Shown here piece by piece: positions 35,301-44,614 of a stretch of 64,000 bases of DNA. The position numbers and the translations under genes were made by a program. Where the stretch lies: assembly GCA_937924775.1 (NCBI GenBank), contig CALDUT010000013.1, forward strand, positions 22,073 through 86,072, in the 5' to 3' direction. Numbering within the stretch: position 1 is the stretch's first letter; each line of letters begins with the position of its first letter. The notes under the pieces are model-generated. The model was given only the letters and a program-made list of their open reading frames with translations, did no database searches and was not told the origin of the DNA. This stretch comes from an uncultured Gemmata sp. (GTDB lineage Bacteria; Planctomycetota; Planctomycetia; Gemmatales; Gemmataceae).

Positions 35301-35545
35301 AGGCCGCGTAGACCGTCGGCGACATCCCGCAGAACCTTCTGTTCGGCGTTGGGGGCCAGCCGTTGGAACATCATCGCGTCGAGCGTGGAGGCGGCCCGGC
35401 GGGCGGCTTCATCCACGCGGGCTTTGATCTTCTTCTGTTCGTCGCGTTGTTGGACGGGGTCGATTCCGCGGGAGGTAGCCAGCGGAACGAGAAGAGTGGC
35501 CAAAGCCAAGAAAGCGACAAAACGGTAGCGGCGACCTATGGTCAT
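32360..35545 (-). CDS. Large exported coiled-coil/helical-repeat protein (DUF4175-like) with Met/Gly/Gln-rich low-complexity regions
   Basis: Signal peptide from ATG 35545. Recurrent helical module A..aq.qA...L.......A...Qq.Al..L..A...L. C-terminal FPAEFRELIKQY. Confidence 0.75.
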   Translation of the reverse strand: MTIGRRYRFVAFLALATLLVPLATSRGIDPVQQRDEQKKIKARVDEAARRAASTLDAMMFQRLAPNAEQKVLRDVADGLRGLSETEIQAVLDHLEKAVLAPDPQTATAEQKAAYAKHLQIVQQLKGMLGQLDVIKSLEEAAERLERAAEKEIQLTAEAHTNSLRSRGVDDREELATEQADLRNEVVHIFKGIQRLAAEKLLTAEQLARIEKADALTRGTRLMAEMATTITTIRQGRFLDASERLRRHAKELKDLAAALRTPPGNRLEALKAAQAEVVKAIDAQMKANQNAAERTEPQDFKAPPGIDPKAARANELANQQAKAEFATRDARRATERAAPEIAEKLKPAETQQWKAEDALRAKDIAAAREPQERALEALQQAKDELDRQIAAAELAKNDPLAATKQAIEQLDRIIKDQKDANARTEKAAERPDRLPDAANAQKDVARKTDELRNTPLPPNNQAQQALDKALEAQKQAAEKLDNKQPNAAKPDQQAALNELQRARDELEKQAQAIEQRRQQLAQLEDLKGKLEELTKNEQNIAKAADQAAADPRKPDTTELGQKQANLLEPTKDVGQQLEKLAPQAAQKVGEAAKKQEAAQNDLSMNMPMAGADKAKEAAAQLNEAAKDIQKQIDQMKGQEAADQAALQPNKIDPQQAAQQLQKALEQAQQAAQQAQMAEKALNPMPTDGMPLMGMPDLAQLQKDLAQQAAQQQLPEAAKAADQAAEALKKGDLPQAIENQQKALEELKRAAMNPGPMGEKRMAPMGESGMPQAPMGEKGTPPMGEKGMTPPPPGEKGMPPGMGMQQPMGEMMGEKGMTPGMGGMMGTPNDLAQQQQQILDATKALQQSQQANNAAQAALQQAQANAPMAVQNQLQQAGNQLQQAGNQLQQGQPGQAGMNQQQAAQNLQQALDALNQAAMAQAQQAGMMGMGMMGPMGQGMGMAQGMGQGMGMAQGMGMGMGMAQGMGQGMGMAQGMGSNAQQGMNMGMGEGDMAGGEKLKNVGSTGNDTNGDGSFIKMRSKERDKVQQATDSQFPAEFRELIKQYNINIKNGKPAPTPPAPGK
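32621..32746 (-). repeat. 30-bp tandem repeat x4 encoding (GQGMGMAQGM)n
   Basis: Plus-strand unit GCCCATGCCTTGAGCCATGCCCATGCCCTG at 32621, 32651 (variant end), 32681 and 32711. Confidence 0.95.
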
Positions 35546-35695
35546 CGGGGAGCCTCCTTGAGGCGGCAAAAGGTCGCGGAGAGTGGCGACCCGGTGTGGA
35601 TAGATTCAGTATCTCGCTGTTGTCCAACCAAAGCAATTGGAATTCGCTCCAATTGTTGCGCTGTTACGCACGGGTTACTCATTTATGAGAATCCC

Positions 35696-37915
35696 TTAAG
35701 GATTCGGGGGGGTCATTGGTTCTTCCGGCTTGCGGAACACGTTTTGTTGATCGATGGCCAGTTCGCGGAGTTTGTCTTGCAGGCGTTTGTGCTGTTCATC
35801 TCGCATTTTGAGGGCGTAGTAGGCATCTTCGCTACTGACCACCATCTTCCGCCGGGCTTCCTTGGTGTAACCGGGGCGGTGGGCATTGTCCGGGTTTTTG
35901 TCATACACTTCGACATACAATTCAACCGTGTCGCCCAGTTCGAGTTTCGCTTGGCGGCCGTCGGGGAGGCGTTTGGTCAGTTCGGCGACCTCGAACATGT
36001 AGCGGCCGCCGGCTTCCAGTTCCCCCGGTTCATAGGCCGGATTGGGCGAGGGAATGGCGTAAAATTCGACGTTCACCTTCATCCGCTCGGCTCGGCGGAG
36101 CCCCCCTAGTCCATCCCACGACCGCTGAAACAATCCCAATTCCGGGATGAACGGCCCCATCGTCTTGGGGTCGGCGACGACCCGCTTGAGGGGCAAGCGG
36201 TTGAAGACCTTGTTTTCTGGGTCGTCGCGGGGGTGTTGGATGTCGCGAATCGCCTCGGGGTAGGCATCCGGCGGGATGCCGCGGGGTATCACCCGATAGC
36301 GAAGGCACGGCTGCCGCGGATCAGGAGGCGGCAGAGGGCCGTTGTCGGGGGGCGGGGGCGGTGCATAAATCCCTTGTTCCGAGCGGGCCTGGTAGATGAC
36401 CATGATCCGTCCGTCGAGGGTCAGCGGCATACTGTCACCCCACTCGTAGGCCCGTGGGTCGCCCTGACTTTCGAAATCGTCGGGGTCGGGGTGCCGCGTC
36501 GATTCTGGTAAGAATGTGACTGTGGGGGGGCGGTTTTCTAACATGCGAATGTTGCGGCGGATGGGCACCGCGTTGGTAAAGCCGCGATCGTCCACCAGTT
36601 CGATGCGGTAACCGGTCATCTTCTCCGTTGTGGGGAAACGCCATTCGGCCATTGTGCGATCGTCGGACAGGCCGATGAGACGGGCTTCCCCCCGCGGAGA
36701 AGGTTTTTCGTCAAAACCGTCGCGTTCCAGCGGGATCAGCCGGGCTTGGGTCACTGGTTTGCTGAAGACTGCCCCAACGCGAATATCCGATTTCGGCAAC
36801 GCATCCACAACTTCACCCCGGGCCGAGCCATCGTTGCGGCGTTCGTAGCGGCGGCCGTTGTAAGTACCCAGATACTCCGGCAGAATTTGCCAGGCCTCGA
36901 TTTCCAGCGTCGTGGGCGGGGCTTCGAAGCGAATACGCCCCCGCTCGCGGCTCCGGCCATGGCCCAAGCGGGCGGTGAAATCGAAATCACTGGACGCGGG
37001 CGGCAGCTTGGCCACAAAATACGCGCTACCGTCGTCGAGGCGTCGTTCGAACGTCAGGTCGTAGTAGTCTTCCGGTTGTCCATCGGGTTCAACCCGGAGC
37101 CGCCCGACCATGTCCTCGGTGTAAGTGCCGGTGACATGGAAACGCACTTCCACCTCCGAACCGGTGGGCCAAACCTCCTGAGACACATTCCGCAGGTGGA
37201 GTGTGCGGGGAATTTCCCGGTTCAACAGCAATTGCCGTTGGAGTAAAGCGCCGGCCAGTTCCGGGCGGGCTGCGGCAAACCCGGCCCACAACCCCAACAC
37301 CGGCACCGCCACGGCGGCCGCGTAGCCCAAACGCCGGTAGTCGATCAGGGCCAACAGGTTATGCCGGCCGGTCAGTTCATCAGCTTCGCGAGTCACGGCG
37401 GCGATCAACTGAGGCGACATTCCTTCGGTTCGGGCACCCGGTCGGTTGAGTTGCACCGCAGTGACCAGCCGGTGATCGAATTCCGGAATCGCCTTCTCCG
37501 CCACCGAGGCCAGATCGTCAATCGGCGGAGTCTGCTTCCACGGACGAATCAACCACACGTAAGCTAAACTCATAGCCAGTAGCAGTTGCCCGCCGGTCAG
37601 GCCGACGCGGAGCCAGCGTGGGGTTTCGTCGATGATCGGATTGGGAGGCAGACGCAGCCCATAGCGCAACCGCAGATGCTCGGTGAACCAGCGTTCTTCC
37701 GCCGTGGCTGCGACTTGGGGGGCGAAAATCCAACTGGCTTTGAGAGCTTTTCGCGATGTTTCCGAACCCAAATAGCGGTCGGCCAGCCAATCTAGAAAAC
37801 AGGCCAATGCTAGCACTACACCGACCACGGCCAGCCATCGGGCACTGCCCCAAGCCAGCCGGAGGCAGCGTTCGACCCATCGCCATCGCGTCAGTTGTCC
37901 GAGAACGTTGTTCAT
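35696..37915 (-). CDS. Membrane protein of the MoxR-VWA cluster (DUF4175-like N-terminus, periplasmic beta-rich domains)
   Basis: Three N-terminal TM segments, PEFDHRLVTAVQL motif, Ig-like beta stretches, C-terminal coiled coil. Confidence 0.7.
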   Translation of the reverse strand: MNNVLGQLTRWRWVERCLRLAWGSARWLAVVGVVLALACFLDWLADRYLGSETSRKALKASWIFAPQVAATAEERWFTEHLRLRYGLRLPPNPIIDETPRWLRVGLTGGQLLLAMSLAYVWLIRPWKQTPPIDDLASVAEKAIPEFDHRLVTAVQLNRPGARTEGMSPQLIAAVTREADELTGRHNLLALIDYRRLGYAAAVAVPVLGLWAGFAAARPELAGALLQRQLLLNREIPRTLHLRNVSQEVWPTGSEVEVRFHVTGTYTEDMVGRLRVEPDGQPEDYYDLTFERRLDDGSAYFVAKLPPASSDFDFTARLGHGRSRERGRIRFEAPPTTLEIEAWQILPEYLGTYNGRRYERRNDGSARGEVVDALPKSDIRVGAVFSKPVTQARLIPLERDGFDEKPSPRGEARLIGLSDDRTMAEWRFPTTEKMTGYRIELVDDRGFTNAVPIRRNIRMLENRPPTVTFLPESTRHPDPDDFESQGDPRAYEWGDSMPLTLDGRIMVIYQARSEQGIYAPPPPPDNGPLPPPDPRQPCLRYRVIPRGIPPDAYPEAIRDIQHPRDDPENKVFNRLPLKRVVADPKTMGPFIPELGLFQRSWDGLGGLRRAERMKVNVEFYAIPSPNPAYEPGELEAGGRYMFEVAELTKRLPDGRQAKLELGDTVELYVEVYDKNPDNAHRPGYTKEARRKMVVSSEDAYYALKMRDEQHKRLQDKLRELAIDQQNVFRKPEEPMTPPNP

Positions 37916-38165
37916 ACTTTACTTTAGTTATTCACAATGTAAAGATTTCTGTTCATTCCATTGAGCCTAGCGGATGTTGGCGGCCCGCCGGCCCGGGTTA
38001 TTGTTGGCCATGGTCCGCTTCTTGCGACTTCTTTGGCTATCACTTTGCGTCCGGGGGGGATTTTCCCCGCCTTTGTTTTTCAGCCAGCGTTGGACTCAGT
38101 TCCGGGGCTGTCAGTTTTAGGGCGAATGCGAGCGATCCTGGGCGGTAGTATTCTCACTGTGAAGT

Positions 38166-40763
38166 TCAACTTAAACCGTTGAATTTGCGCAAGAACCATT
38201 CCAGCGATAAGAGGCCGATCAGGAACCCCATGATCCACGCGTTCCACAGGAGGTTTTCTTCGCGGCGGGTGGTGGGAGCCGATTGGGCCACGATGGCTTC
38301 GGGAAGCGTATGTAAGTCTTCTTCGCGGTAAAACTTCCCGCGGCGGTCGCCGGAACTGCTTTCTTCGGCGAGTTTCCGCAGATCGGCTTCGGCCATTCCC
38401 CCGGGGGCCAGTTCGTGGTTGGGTGGCAGGCTGACGCGGTATTCGAGGCTGGCTGGGGATTTATTCTTGGCATCCACGGTGAGCCGATAGTGTCCCTCCC
38501 GCTGGAACGACACAGACGCGAGGTATTCCCCCTCTTGCCCGGTGAGTTTGCGGAATTTCACCGGAACGCGGCGATCCCGGTCGTTTTCGCCCGCGTCGAG
38601 CCGTTCGAGGGTGGCGTCGATTTCCTCCACTGTCAGCGGTTGGAAGTTCTCATCGAGAATCCGGGCATACACTTGCCCGCTGCCGCCCTGCAGCGGTTCG
38701 GGGGTATTGAGCAGCAATTGGGTGCGTTTGGTGCCGAGCATCCGCGGTACACCGGCTTGATAGATCGCTTGGCTCCAGAAGCGGCCGAAGTATCGGTCGG
38801 CCTCGTTGAAGCGCCAGCGCCAGGTGTCGTCGAAGGCACAGAACAGGACATAGCCTTTGCCGAAATAATGGCCGGCCAGAAGTGGCATGGGTTTGTTATC
38901 GGGTTCGGGGGTGCGGGCGGTGGGGTGAATGAGGAAGACCTCGGCTCCGGGTTTGAGCCGTACAACCGGGTAATACCATTCGAGGGGGGGGAGTTGCTTT
39001 TTCCGCTCAGGCCGGGGTGGGGGGGGCGGGGTCACCGGATCGTTGGGGTTGACGCGTGCCAGCCGGCCCCACAGTTCGGCATTGTCGAAGGGGTCGTCTT
39101 CAAGCAGAACCAGCGGATGGCGGGTGGCGTTGGGGGCCATCACTGGTACAAACGGCTGAAAATAGCGACCTCCGGGGGGATCGAGGGCGAATTTCTCCGG
39201 TCGTAGCTCTACCGGCAGCACATCGGCGATGGACGGTTGCCCCTCCGGTCTTTCCAACCAATTCCGCGGCGCATTCCACCGTCCGGCGATGTGTAACAGT
39301 CCGCCGCCATCGGCGACAAATTCCTGGATAATCTGTTGGTGTTCGGGGGTGAAGAATTTCCCGGGCACGTCCCCGAGAATCAGTAAGTCGAAGTCGTAGA
39401 GGAGTTTGCGGAATTCGTCGCGATCCAGGGTGAGCGTCCCACTGAGTTGTTTGGTGAACTCGCTGAGCCATGGATAACCGGATTTCATGGCGTCGCGGTC
39501 GCCTTCGGTGAGGAAGAACCGGGCATCGACGCGGCGATCCCGCAACAAGGCCCGTTGCAGGAAGCGGTAGTCGAAACGGGGCAGACCATCGACCATCAGC
39601 ACTTTGAGTTTTTGGGTGATGATCTGCGTGGGTTTGGTGAGGCGGTCGGTGAGCGTTTCCAGGACCACACCGCCTGGCGCCCCGGTCGGAGTGACTTTGA
39701 TCTCGATTGTAACATCCTGTTTGCGGAGTTTGGTCAGTTCGGGGGTGGGCAGGAAGGTCAGGGTTTCTCGCAGGTCGTCACCTTCTTGCACGGGGATATT
39801 TGTTTTCTCCGCGACCACTTTGTAATCGACATCGCGGGTCCCTTTGGGATCACCGTAAAACACCGTAATATCCACGCGCCCTTCGGTAATCCCGCGGACC
39901 GCGTAGCGAATGGGAATCGCGACCAGATCTTCGAGGAAAACGGCCTCTGGGATGTTCGCTTCGCGGAGTCGCAGTTGGCCGAAGGCGGTGCTGCCGACGC
40001 CGTAGACATGCAGTGGCACGCCCTGGAGGCGGCATTGGGCTGCCAGTTCGGCGAAACTGCGATCGCTGGCGTTGTCGCGGCCGTCGGTCACAAGCACGAT
40101 CGCGGTCGGCAGTTCGTTATCATCGCGATTGAGGAGTTCCAGCGTACTACTGACAAGAGCCGTCCGCGGTTGATCGGCTTGGAGGGTGGCCAGCCACCCA
40201 GTGGATAGGGGGTCTTGCCCTTCTCGGGTTGTGCCGAAGGTGTAAATTTCGAGCGGGGCGATAGCCCGGAGCTTGTTGAGTAAATCGAGTTTCTCATGGC
40301 CGAGCATTTTGGTGGCGATGGTGAGGCGCGTGGGGCGTTCGAGTTCCTTGGTGTTGGGGACGATGGAAGAAATAGGCTGGTTGGGGAAGGGCTTGTCCGG
40401 GTCGATGTAACCGAAGGCCATGGCGGCCCGCCATTGGTCCGGGAGTGTCGGCCGCGGGTCGGCGTTGTTCATACTTTGGGAAACATCGATGAGAAGGGCG
40501 ATCGGTCGCGGTTTTTCGTTGATTTTTTCCTGCACCACGACGGGGCGTAACAACAGAAAGGCCACCACCAGGACGGTGAGGATGCGGACGGCTGCCAGCA
40601 TCAGCCGCCGGGTTGCGCTGAGCCGGCCTGCTTCTTGGGCGTAAAGCCAGCCTACGGCAACCACCGCCGCCAACAGCAACACCAAGGCCAGCCAGCCGGG
40701 GAACCAACCCCGCCGTTGCAGCTCGCCCACCAGGGGGATCGACAACGCGAAAACCGTATTCAT
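38166..40763 (-). CDS. Membrane-anchored VWA protein with a glutamine-amidotransferase-like domain
   Basis: N-terminal TM pair, MIDAS DVSQS...T...TDG, FDLLILGDVP...GGGLLHIAG, WRWR motif, C-terminal TM LLSLEWFLRK. Confidence 0.8.
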   Translation of the reverse strand: MNTVFALSIPLVGELQRRGWFPGWLALVLLLAAVVAVGWLYAQEAGRLSATRRLMLAAVRILTVLVVAFLLLRPVVVQEKINEKPRPIALLIDVSQSMNNADPRPTLPDQWRAAMAFGYIDPDKPFPNQPISSIVPNTKELERPTRLTIATKMLGHEKLDLLNKLRAIAPLEIYTFGTTREGQDPLSTGWLATLQADQPRTALVSSTLELLNRDDNELPTAIVLVTDGRDNASDRSFAELAAQCRLQGVPLHVYGVGSTAFGQLRLREANIPEAVFLEDLVAIPIRYAVRGITEGRVDITVFYGDPKGTRDVDYKVVAEKTNIPVQEGDDLRETLTFLPTPELTKLRKQDVTIEIKVTPTGAPGGVVLETLTDRLTKPTQIITQKLKVLMVDGLPRFDYRFLQRALLRDRRVDARFFLTEGDRDAMKSGYPWLSEFTKQLSGTLTLDRDEFRKLLYDFDLLILGDVPGKFFTPEHQQIIQEFVADGGGLLHIAGRWNAPRNWLERPEGQPSIADVLPVELRPEKFALDPPGGRYFQPFVPVMAPNATRHPLVLLEDDPFDNAELWGRLARVNPNDPVTPPPPPRPERKKQLPPLEWYYPVVRLKPGAEVFLIHPTARTPEPDNKPMPLLAGHYFGKGYVLFCAFDDTWRWRFNEADRYFGRFWSQAIYQAGVPRMLGTKRTQLLLNTPEPLQGGSGQVYARILDENFQPLTVEEIDATLERLDAGENDRDRRVPVKFRKLTGQEGEYLASVSFQREGHYRLTVDAKNKSPASLEYRVSLPPNHELAPGGMAEADLRKLAEESSSGDRRGKFYREEDLHTLPEAIVAQSAPTTRREENLLWNAWIMGFLIGLLSLEWFLRKFNGLS

Positions 40764-40820
40764 GCTCCAAACTCGCTTGGGGTATAGTCGGCGTCGTATT
40801 CCCGCCCTTGAGCCATCATC

Positions 40821-43088
40821 TTACCACGCCTGGCCACAGAACCACGCCCACGCGGCTTCCCCCACGAGAAGGAACAATAAGAACACCAGTACATATTCGG
40901 TCCATTCGCCTTGGGTTCGGCGTTCCCGCACGGCCGATTCGGTGCCGGCTCCCGCGGGGATGACAGTGGGTCGGGCCCCCAGTAGTTGTTCCAGTTCGCT
41001 ATCAGACGCCAGTTGCAGGTTCTCGGTTTCCCGCAGATCGGGATTAACGGCGAAAACGACACCGGTTTCGCTCATCAGGCCGGTGGGGGCCGCCGCGCCC
41101 AGAGGCACAATGGCATATTCCCCGGCCACGAGGGTTTCCGCGGTACTGACCATCCAGCGTTCGCCGTCCCATTTGCCTGGTCCCAATTTGATCCGCGGCC
41201 GCTCGGGGGATACGGATTTGTCGCGGCGAGGACGCGGCAGGATCAGTTCAAAGCTGGCTTCCGGTTGCGGCGGGTACCAGGTCAACACATCGCCGGCCTG
41301 TCGCGTACCCCCGGGAACTTTTCGGGACGTCAGGTGGGCCAGCAGATACATGTTCAGCGGTGCTGCCAAGGCTCCCTCCGACATCAGCCGGCCCCACGTT
41401 TCATCCAAAGACGTGGCGAAAAAGATCACTTCGCCATCCCCCACTACCCGGGATGCCACCAGTGGTTGGCCATCGGTCGTCCGCAGGAGGACTTGTGCGC
41501 CCTGGGAACCGGGACCGGTTTCATCGAGCTCCACCATTTTCGTCAGCGTGACGCGCCGCAACCAATTGTGGAAAGCCTGCCGTTGGCCTTCCTCCGGCGG
41601 AGCCAGCACCGATGGAACTACCACGCTATCAATGGCTGGGGTGAAGGGAGTCGCTTCGGTGGTTTGGCGAACCCCTGTGATGGTCAACGGTAACAACCCC
41701 GCCCCCTGAACACCAAGGCTACGGTTGTAGCCGTCGATATTGACGGCCTCGCCACAACCGATAACCAGCCCCCCGCCGCGGCGGACGAATTCTTTCAGTT
41801 GAGCGATGAAAGCCGGCGAGAGGCCTTGCAGGGGATCGGTCGTGCGGGTGGGGGTGTTCAATAAATAGACAACATCGGCCTTCGCGAGTTTCTCCGGGCT
41901 GGCATCTTTGGGGGAAACCGATTCGACTTCGATGAAATACCTCTCGATCTTCTCTTTGTCGCGCTGAGCATCGAAGGGGAAGAAAGCCCAGCGGACCAGC
42001 CAATCACCCGCATCGGTGTAGGGTTGGCCCGCGTAGGGGTGAGCCACCAACAGAATACGGACTTTGTCGCGGACATGAATGACGCGATAGAGGATGTTAT
42101 CCCCAGCGATGCCATCGCCATCGACGCGGGCGGAGACGAGCCGTAAGCCGGCTTCCTGGAGGCTGCCGGTGAGCGTCACTTTGGCGGTTTCGCCCGCGTC
42201 GATGAAGTCCACCTGGGCGGCGTCGCCTTTCGTCGCCTGGCCGTCGATTTCCAGGGCGACGCGTAGACCCCGGATCGATTCCCGCCCGGTGTTCTTAAGT
42301 GTCACATCCAACGGAACGCGAGTGTTGGCGTGCGGGATCGTCGCGTGCAGGGCAATGTCCACGACTGCGACGTTAGAAATTCTCCGTTCGGGATGACCGC
42401 AGCGGATGAAAATGAGGTTCACCTTTTGCTGTTGGCGAATGTGTTCGTAAAGGCCGCGGAGGGCGTTGAGTTGACGTTCCCAGCCACTTTTTTGCAAATC
42501 ACTGAAGAGGTAAATTTCCTTGGCTGCGGCACTCCCGCGTGCGGCGGCCTGGAGGGCTTCGGCCAGGCCCGGAAAGAAGTCGGTCGAAAGGCTGGTAACG
42601 TCGAGGTTCTGGATCAGTTGTTTGGCTTGATCGCGATTATCGGGGCTGACCGGCCCCAGGAACATAGGCCGATCGGCACAGCCGAAGATTTGGATTGTGG
42701 AGCGGTTGGGCAGAGTGTCGAGGATGGCGAGGGCCGCGTCTTGGGCGCGTTCGAGCCGGGTTTTGTCGCCATCCGCGGCCGCCATGCTGTAGGACGTGTC
42801 GAAAACGAAGACGGCGTCGATGGGTTCGCCGGCACCGGCCGCGGCGACAGATCGTTCCGCCGGGCGGGCGATGGCCAGGGCCAAGAGCAGGATCGCCAAA
42901 CAGCGCAAGGCCAGGAGAATCCATTCTTGGAATTTCAGGCGGCGGCTGGTCTGTTCGATGGCTTCGCGCAGAAATTTCATCGGAGCCCACGGCAGCGGCT
43001 GGTAGCGAGCCCGATAGAAGAAATGCAGCGCAATCGGGATCGAGACCGCCGCCGCTCCGAGCATCATTAAGGGGGCCAGAAACGTCAT
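40821..43088 (-). CDS. BatA-domain and VWA-domain membrane protein
   Basis: BatA N-terminus MTFLAPL...IPIALHFF...WAPMKFL...ILLALRCLAILLLALAIARP; MIDAS DTSYS...T...SD; CARDB-like and GATase-like segments. Alternative GTG start at 43097. Confidence 0.85.
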   Translation of the reverse strand: MTFLAPLMMLGAAAVSIPIALHFFYRARYQPLPWAPMKFLREAIEQTSRRLKFQEWILLALRCLAILLLALAIARPAERSVAAAGAGEPIDAVFVFDTSYSMAAADGDKTRLERAQDAALAILDTLPNRSTIQIFGCADRPMFLGPVSPDNRDQAKQLIQNLDVTSLSTDFFPGLAEALQAAARGSAAAKEIYLFSDLQKSGWERQLNALRGLYEHIRQQQKVNLIFIRCGHPERRISNVAVVDIALHATIPHANTRVPLDVTLKNTGRESIRGLRVALEIDGQATKGDAAQVDFIDAGETAKVTLTGSLQEAGLRLVSARVDGDGIAGDNILYRVIHVRDKVRILLVAHPYAGQPYTDAGDWLVRWAFFPFDAQRDKEKIERYFIEVESVSPKDASPEKLAKADVVYLLNTPTRTTDPLQGLSPAFIAQLKEFVRRGGGLVIGCGEAVNIDGYNRSLGVQGAGLLPLTITGVRQTTEATPFTPAIDSVVVPSVLAPPEEGQRQAFHNWLRRVTLTKMVELDETGPGSQGAQVLLRTTDGQPLVASRVVGDGEVIFFATSLDETWGRLMSEGALAAPLNMYLLAHLTSRKVPGGTRQAGDVLTWYPPQPEASFELILPRPRRDKSVSPERPRIKLGPGKWDGERWMVSTAETLVAGEYAIVPLGAAAPTGLMSETGVVFAVNPDLRETENLQLASDSELEQLLGARPTVIPAGAGTESAVRERRTQGEWTEYVLVFLLFLLVGEAAWAWFCGQAW

Positions 43089-43140
43089 GATCGTCACACC
43101 TTGGCCGAAAGTCGGGGGATACCTTCGGGGTCGCTTCAGT

Positions 43141-43710
43141 TTAGCGTCGGCGTTCCAGCAACCACACGGTCACGCCGTCGGTCGCCGCGAACGACGTGGG
43201 CCGGGGTTCGTTGCCGATACTGGTGGCCACTTTCGCCCGGTTCCGCTCGAACGCGTAGATGCCGCGGATCGTCACCGGTTGCGGGGGTGGGGGCCATTGT
43301 TGCAAAAGCGGTTGGTCGTTGGCCGTGAGCTGGATCAGGTCGATTTCCTTGGGATCGGTATCGGGGCGTAGTGTGATGGCATAGCGGCGTTGTTCGTTCC
43401 CGTTGGCGATATAAATCCAGCGGTCGCCGTGGATGCGGACGATCACCGGCTTGAGCTGGGCCGCGGCGGGTGTATCCTGTTCATCATCGCCAGCCGGGAC
43501 TGCCAATTGCCACTCGCCTTGGAAGCGGGCCAGATCCTCAGTGGGTTCCTCCGAGCGAAGAAACCCGTACCCGATCGCGGCCGCGGCCCCGAGGAGGGCT
43601 GCGACCGCCCCGATCCGCCACCGCGGCGCGGGCCACTGGCAGCGGGGCGCTGGGGCCGCAGGCCCCGGCGGTGCAGGTTGCACGGCGGGATTGTCGATCC
43701 GTTCGTTCAT
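43141..43710 (-). CDS. TIGR03067-domain protein with an N-terminal membrane anchor
   Basis: Start ATG 43710 overlaps the DUF58 stop. DLARFQGEWQ...PKEIDLI...GIYAF...RPTSF is the planctomycete TIGR03067 pattern. Confidence 0.8.
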   Translation of the reverse strand: MNERIDNPAVQPAPPGPAAPAPRCQWPAPRWRIGAVAALLGAAAAIGYGFLRSEEPTEDLARFQGEWQLAVPAGDDEQDTPAAAQLKPVIVRIHGDRWIYIANGNEQRRYAITLRPDTDPKEIDLIQLTANDQPLLQQWPPPPQPVTIRGIYAFERNRAKVATSIGNEPRPTSFAATDGVTVWLLERRR

Positions 43711-44597
43711 CGCTTGTTGGCTTGGAGCCGTTTCACGAGGTATTCCGCAAGGGCCGGAGCGAGCGGCCGATCGGTTAACAGCCGGACATAATCGACACCA
43801 CTGCCATCGCAACCGCGTTGGATGGCAGCGAGGTAATGCTGGACGATGCGCAGATAAGCCGGGCGTAGCAAATGGGGCCGCGTCAGGAGTTCGGCGTGTT
43901 CTTCCAGGCCGATGAAGCGGATGTTGCCATCAAGGGGGAACTGCACTTCGTCCGGGTGCAGGATGTGAAAGAGAATCACCTCATGCCCGCGGAAGCGGAG
44001 GTGCCGCAGTCCGGCCAGAATCGGCTCCAATTCATCGAGGCAGTCGGAAATCACGCAGATAATGCCGCGGCGGCTGATGCGATCGGCAACTTCATCCAAC
44101 AGGGGCCCCATTGCGGTCCGGTCGTGGGGTTGGGTGTCTTCGAGGGTGTGGGTGATGGCGTGGATGTGGCCCAGTTGGCTACTGGGCGGCAGCTCCGCCA
44201 CCCAGCCGTTGTTGAAGATCCGCAAAGCGACCGTATCGCGTTGGCGAATCACCATATAGGCGATCGACGCGGCGAGGAGCTTGGCATATTCGAGCTTGTT
44301 TGTGGCCCCACTGCCGTAGCGCATCGAATTGCTGGCATCGAGCAACAGATGGCAGATGAAGTTGGTTTCTTGCTCGTATTGCTTGATGGTGTAGCGTTCG
44401 CTACGGCCGTAGCTTTTCCAGTCGATGTGGCGGATGTCGTCGCCAGGAACGTATTCGCGGTGCTGCACGAATTCGACGGAAAAGCCCTTGTAGGGGCTTT
44501 TGTGATCGCCAACGCGCAAACCCTCGACGATTTGCCGGGCTTTGAGCCCCAAGGCTTCGGCACGGGCGAGAATGTCGGGTTTCAGGTAAGTGGGCAT
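43707..44597 (-). CDS. DUF58 family protein (VWA-like MoxR partner)
   Basis: GDHKSPYKGFSVEFVQHREYVPGDDIRHIDWK, KQYEQET, DASNSM, ISD. Confidence 0.95.
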   Translation of the reverse strand: MPTYLKPDILARAEALGLKARQIVEGLRVGDHKSPYKGFSVEFVQHREYVPGDDIRHIDWKSYGRSERYTIKQYEQETNFICHLLLDASNSMRYGSGATNKLEYAKLLAASIAYMVIRQRDTVALRIFNNGWVAELPPSSQLGHIHAITHTLEDTQPHDRTAMGPLLDEVADRISRRGIICVISDCLDELEPILAGLRHLRFRGHEVILFHILHPDEVQFPLDGNIRFIGLEEHAELLTRPHLLRPAYLRIVQHYLAAIQRGCDGSGVDYVRLLTDRPLAPALAEYLVKRLQANKR

Positions 44598-44614
44598 CGG
44601 AGCCTCGGAGACAA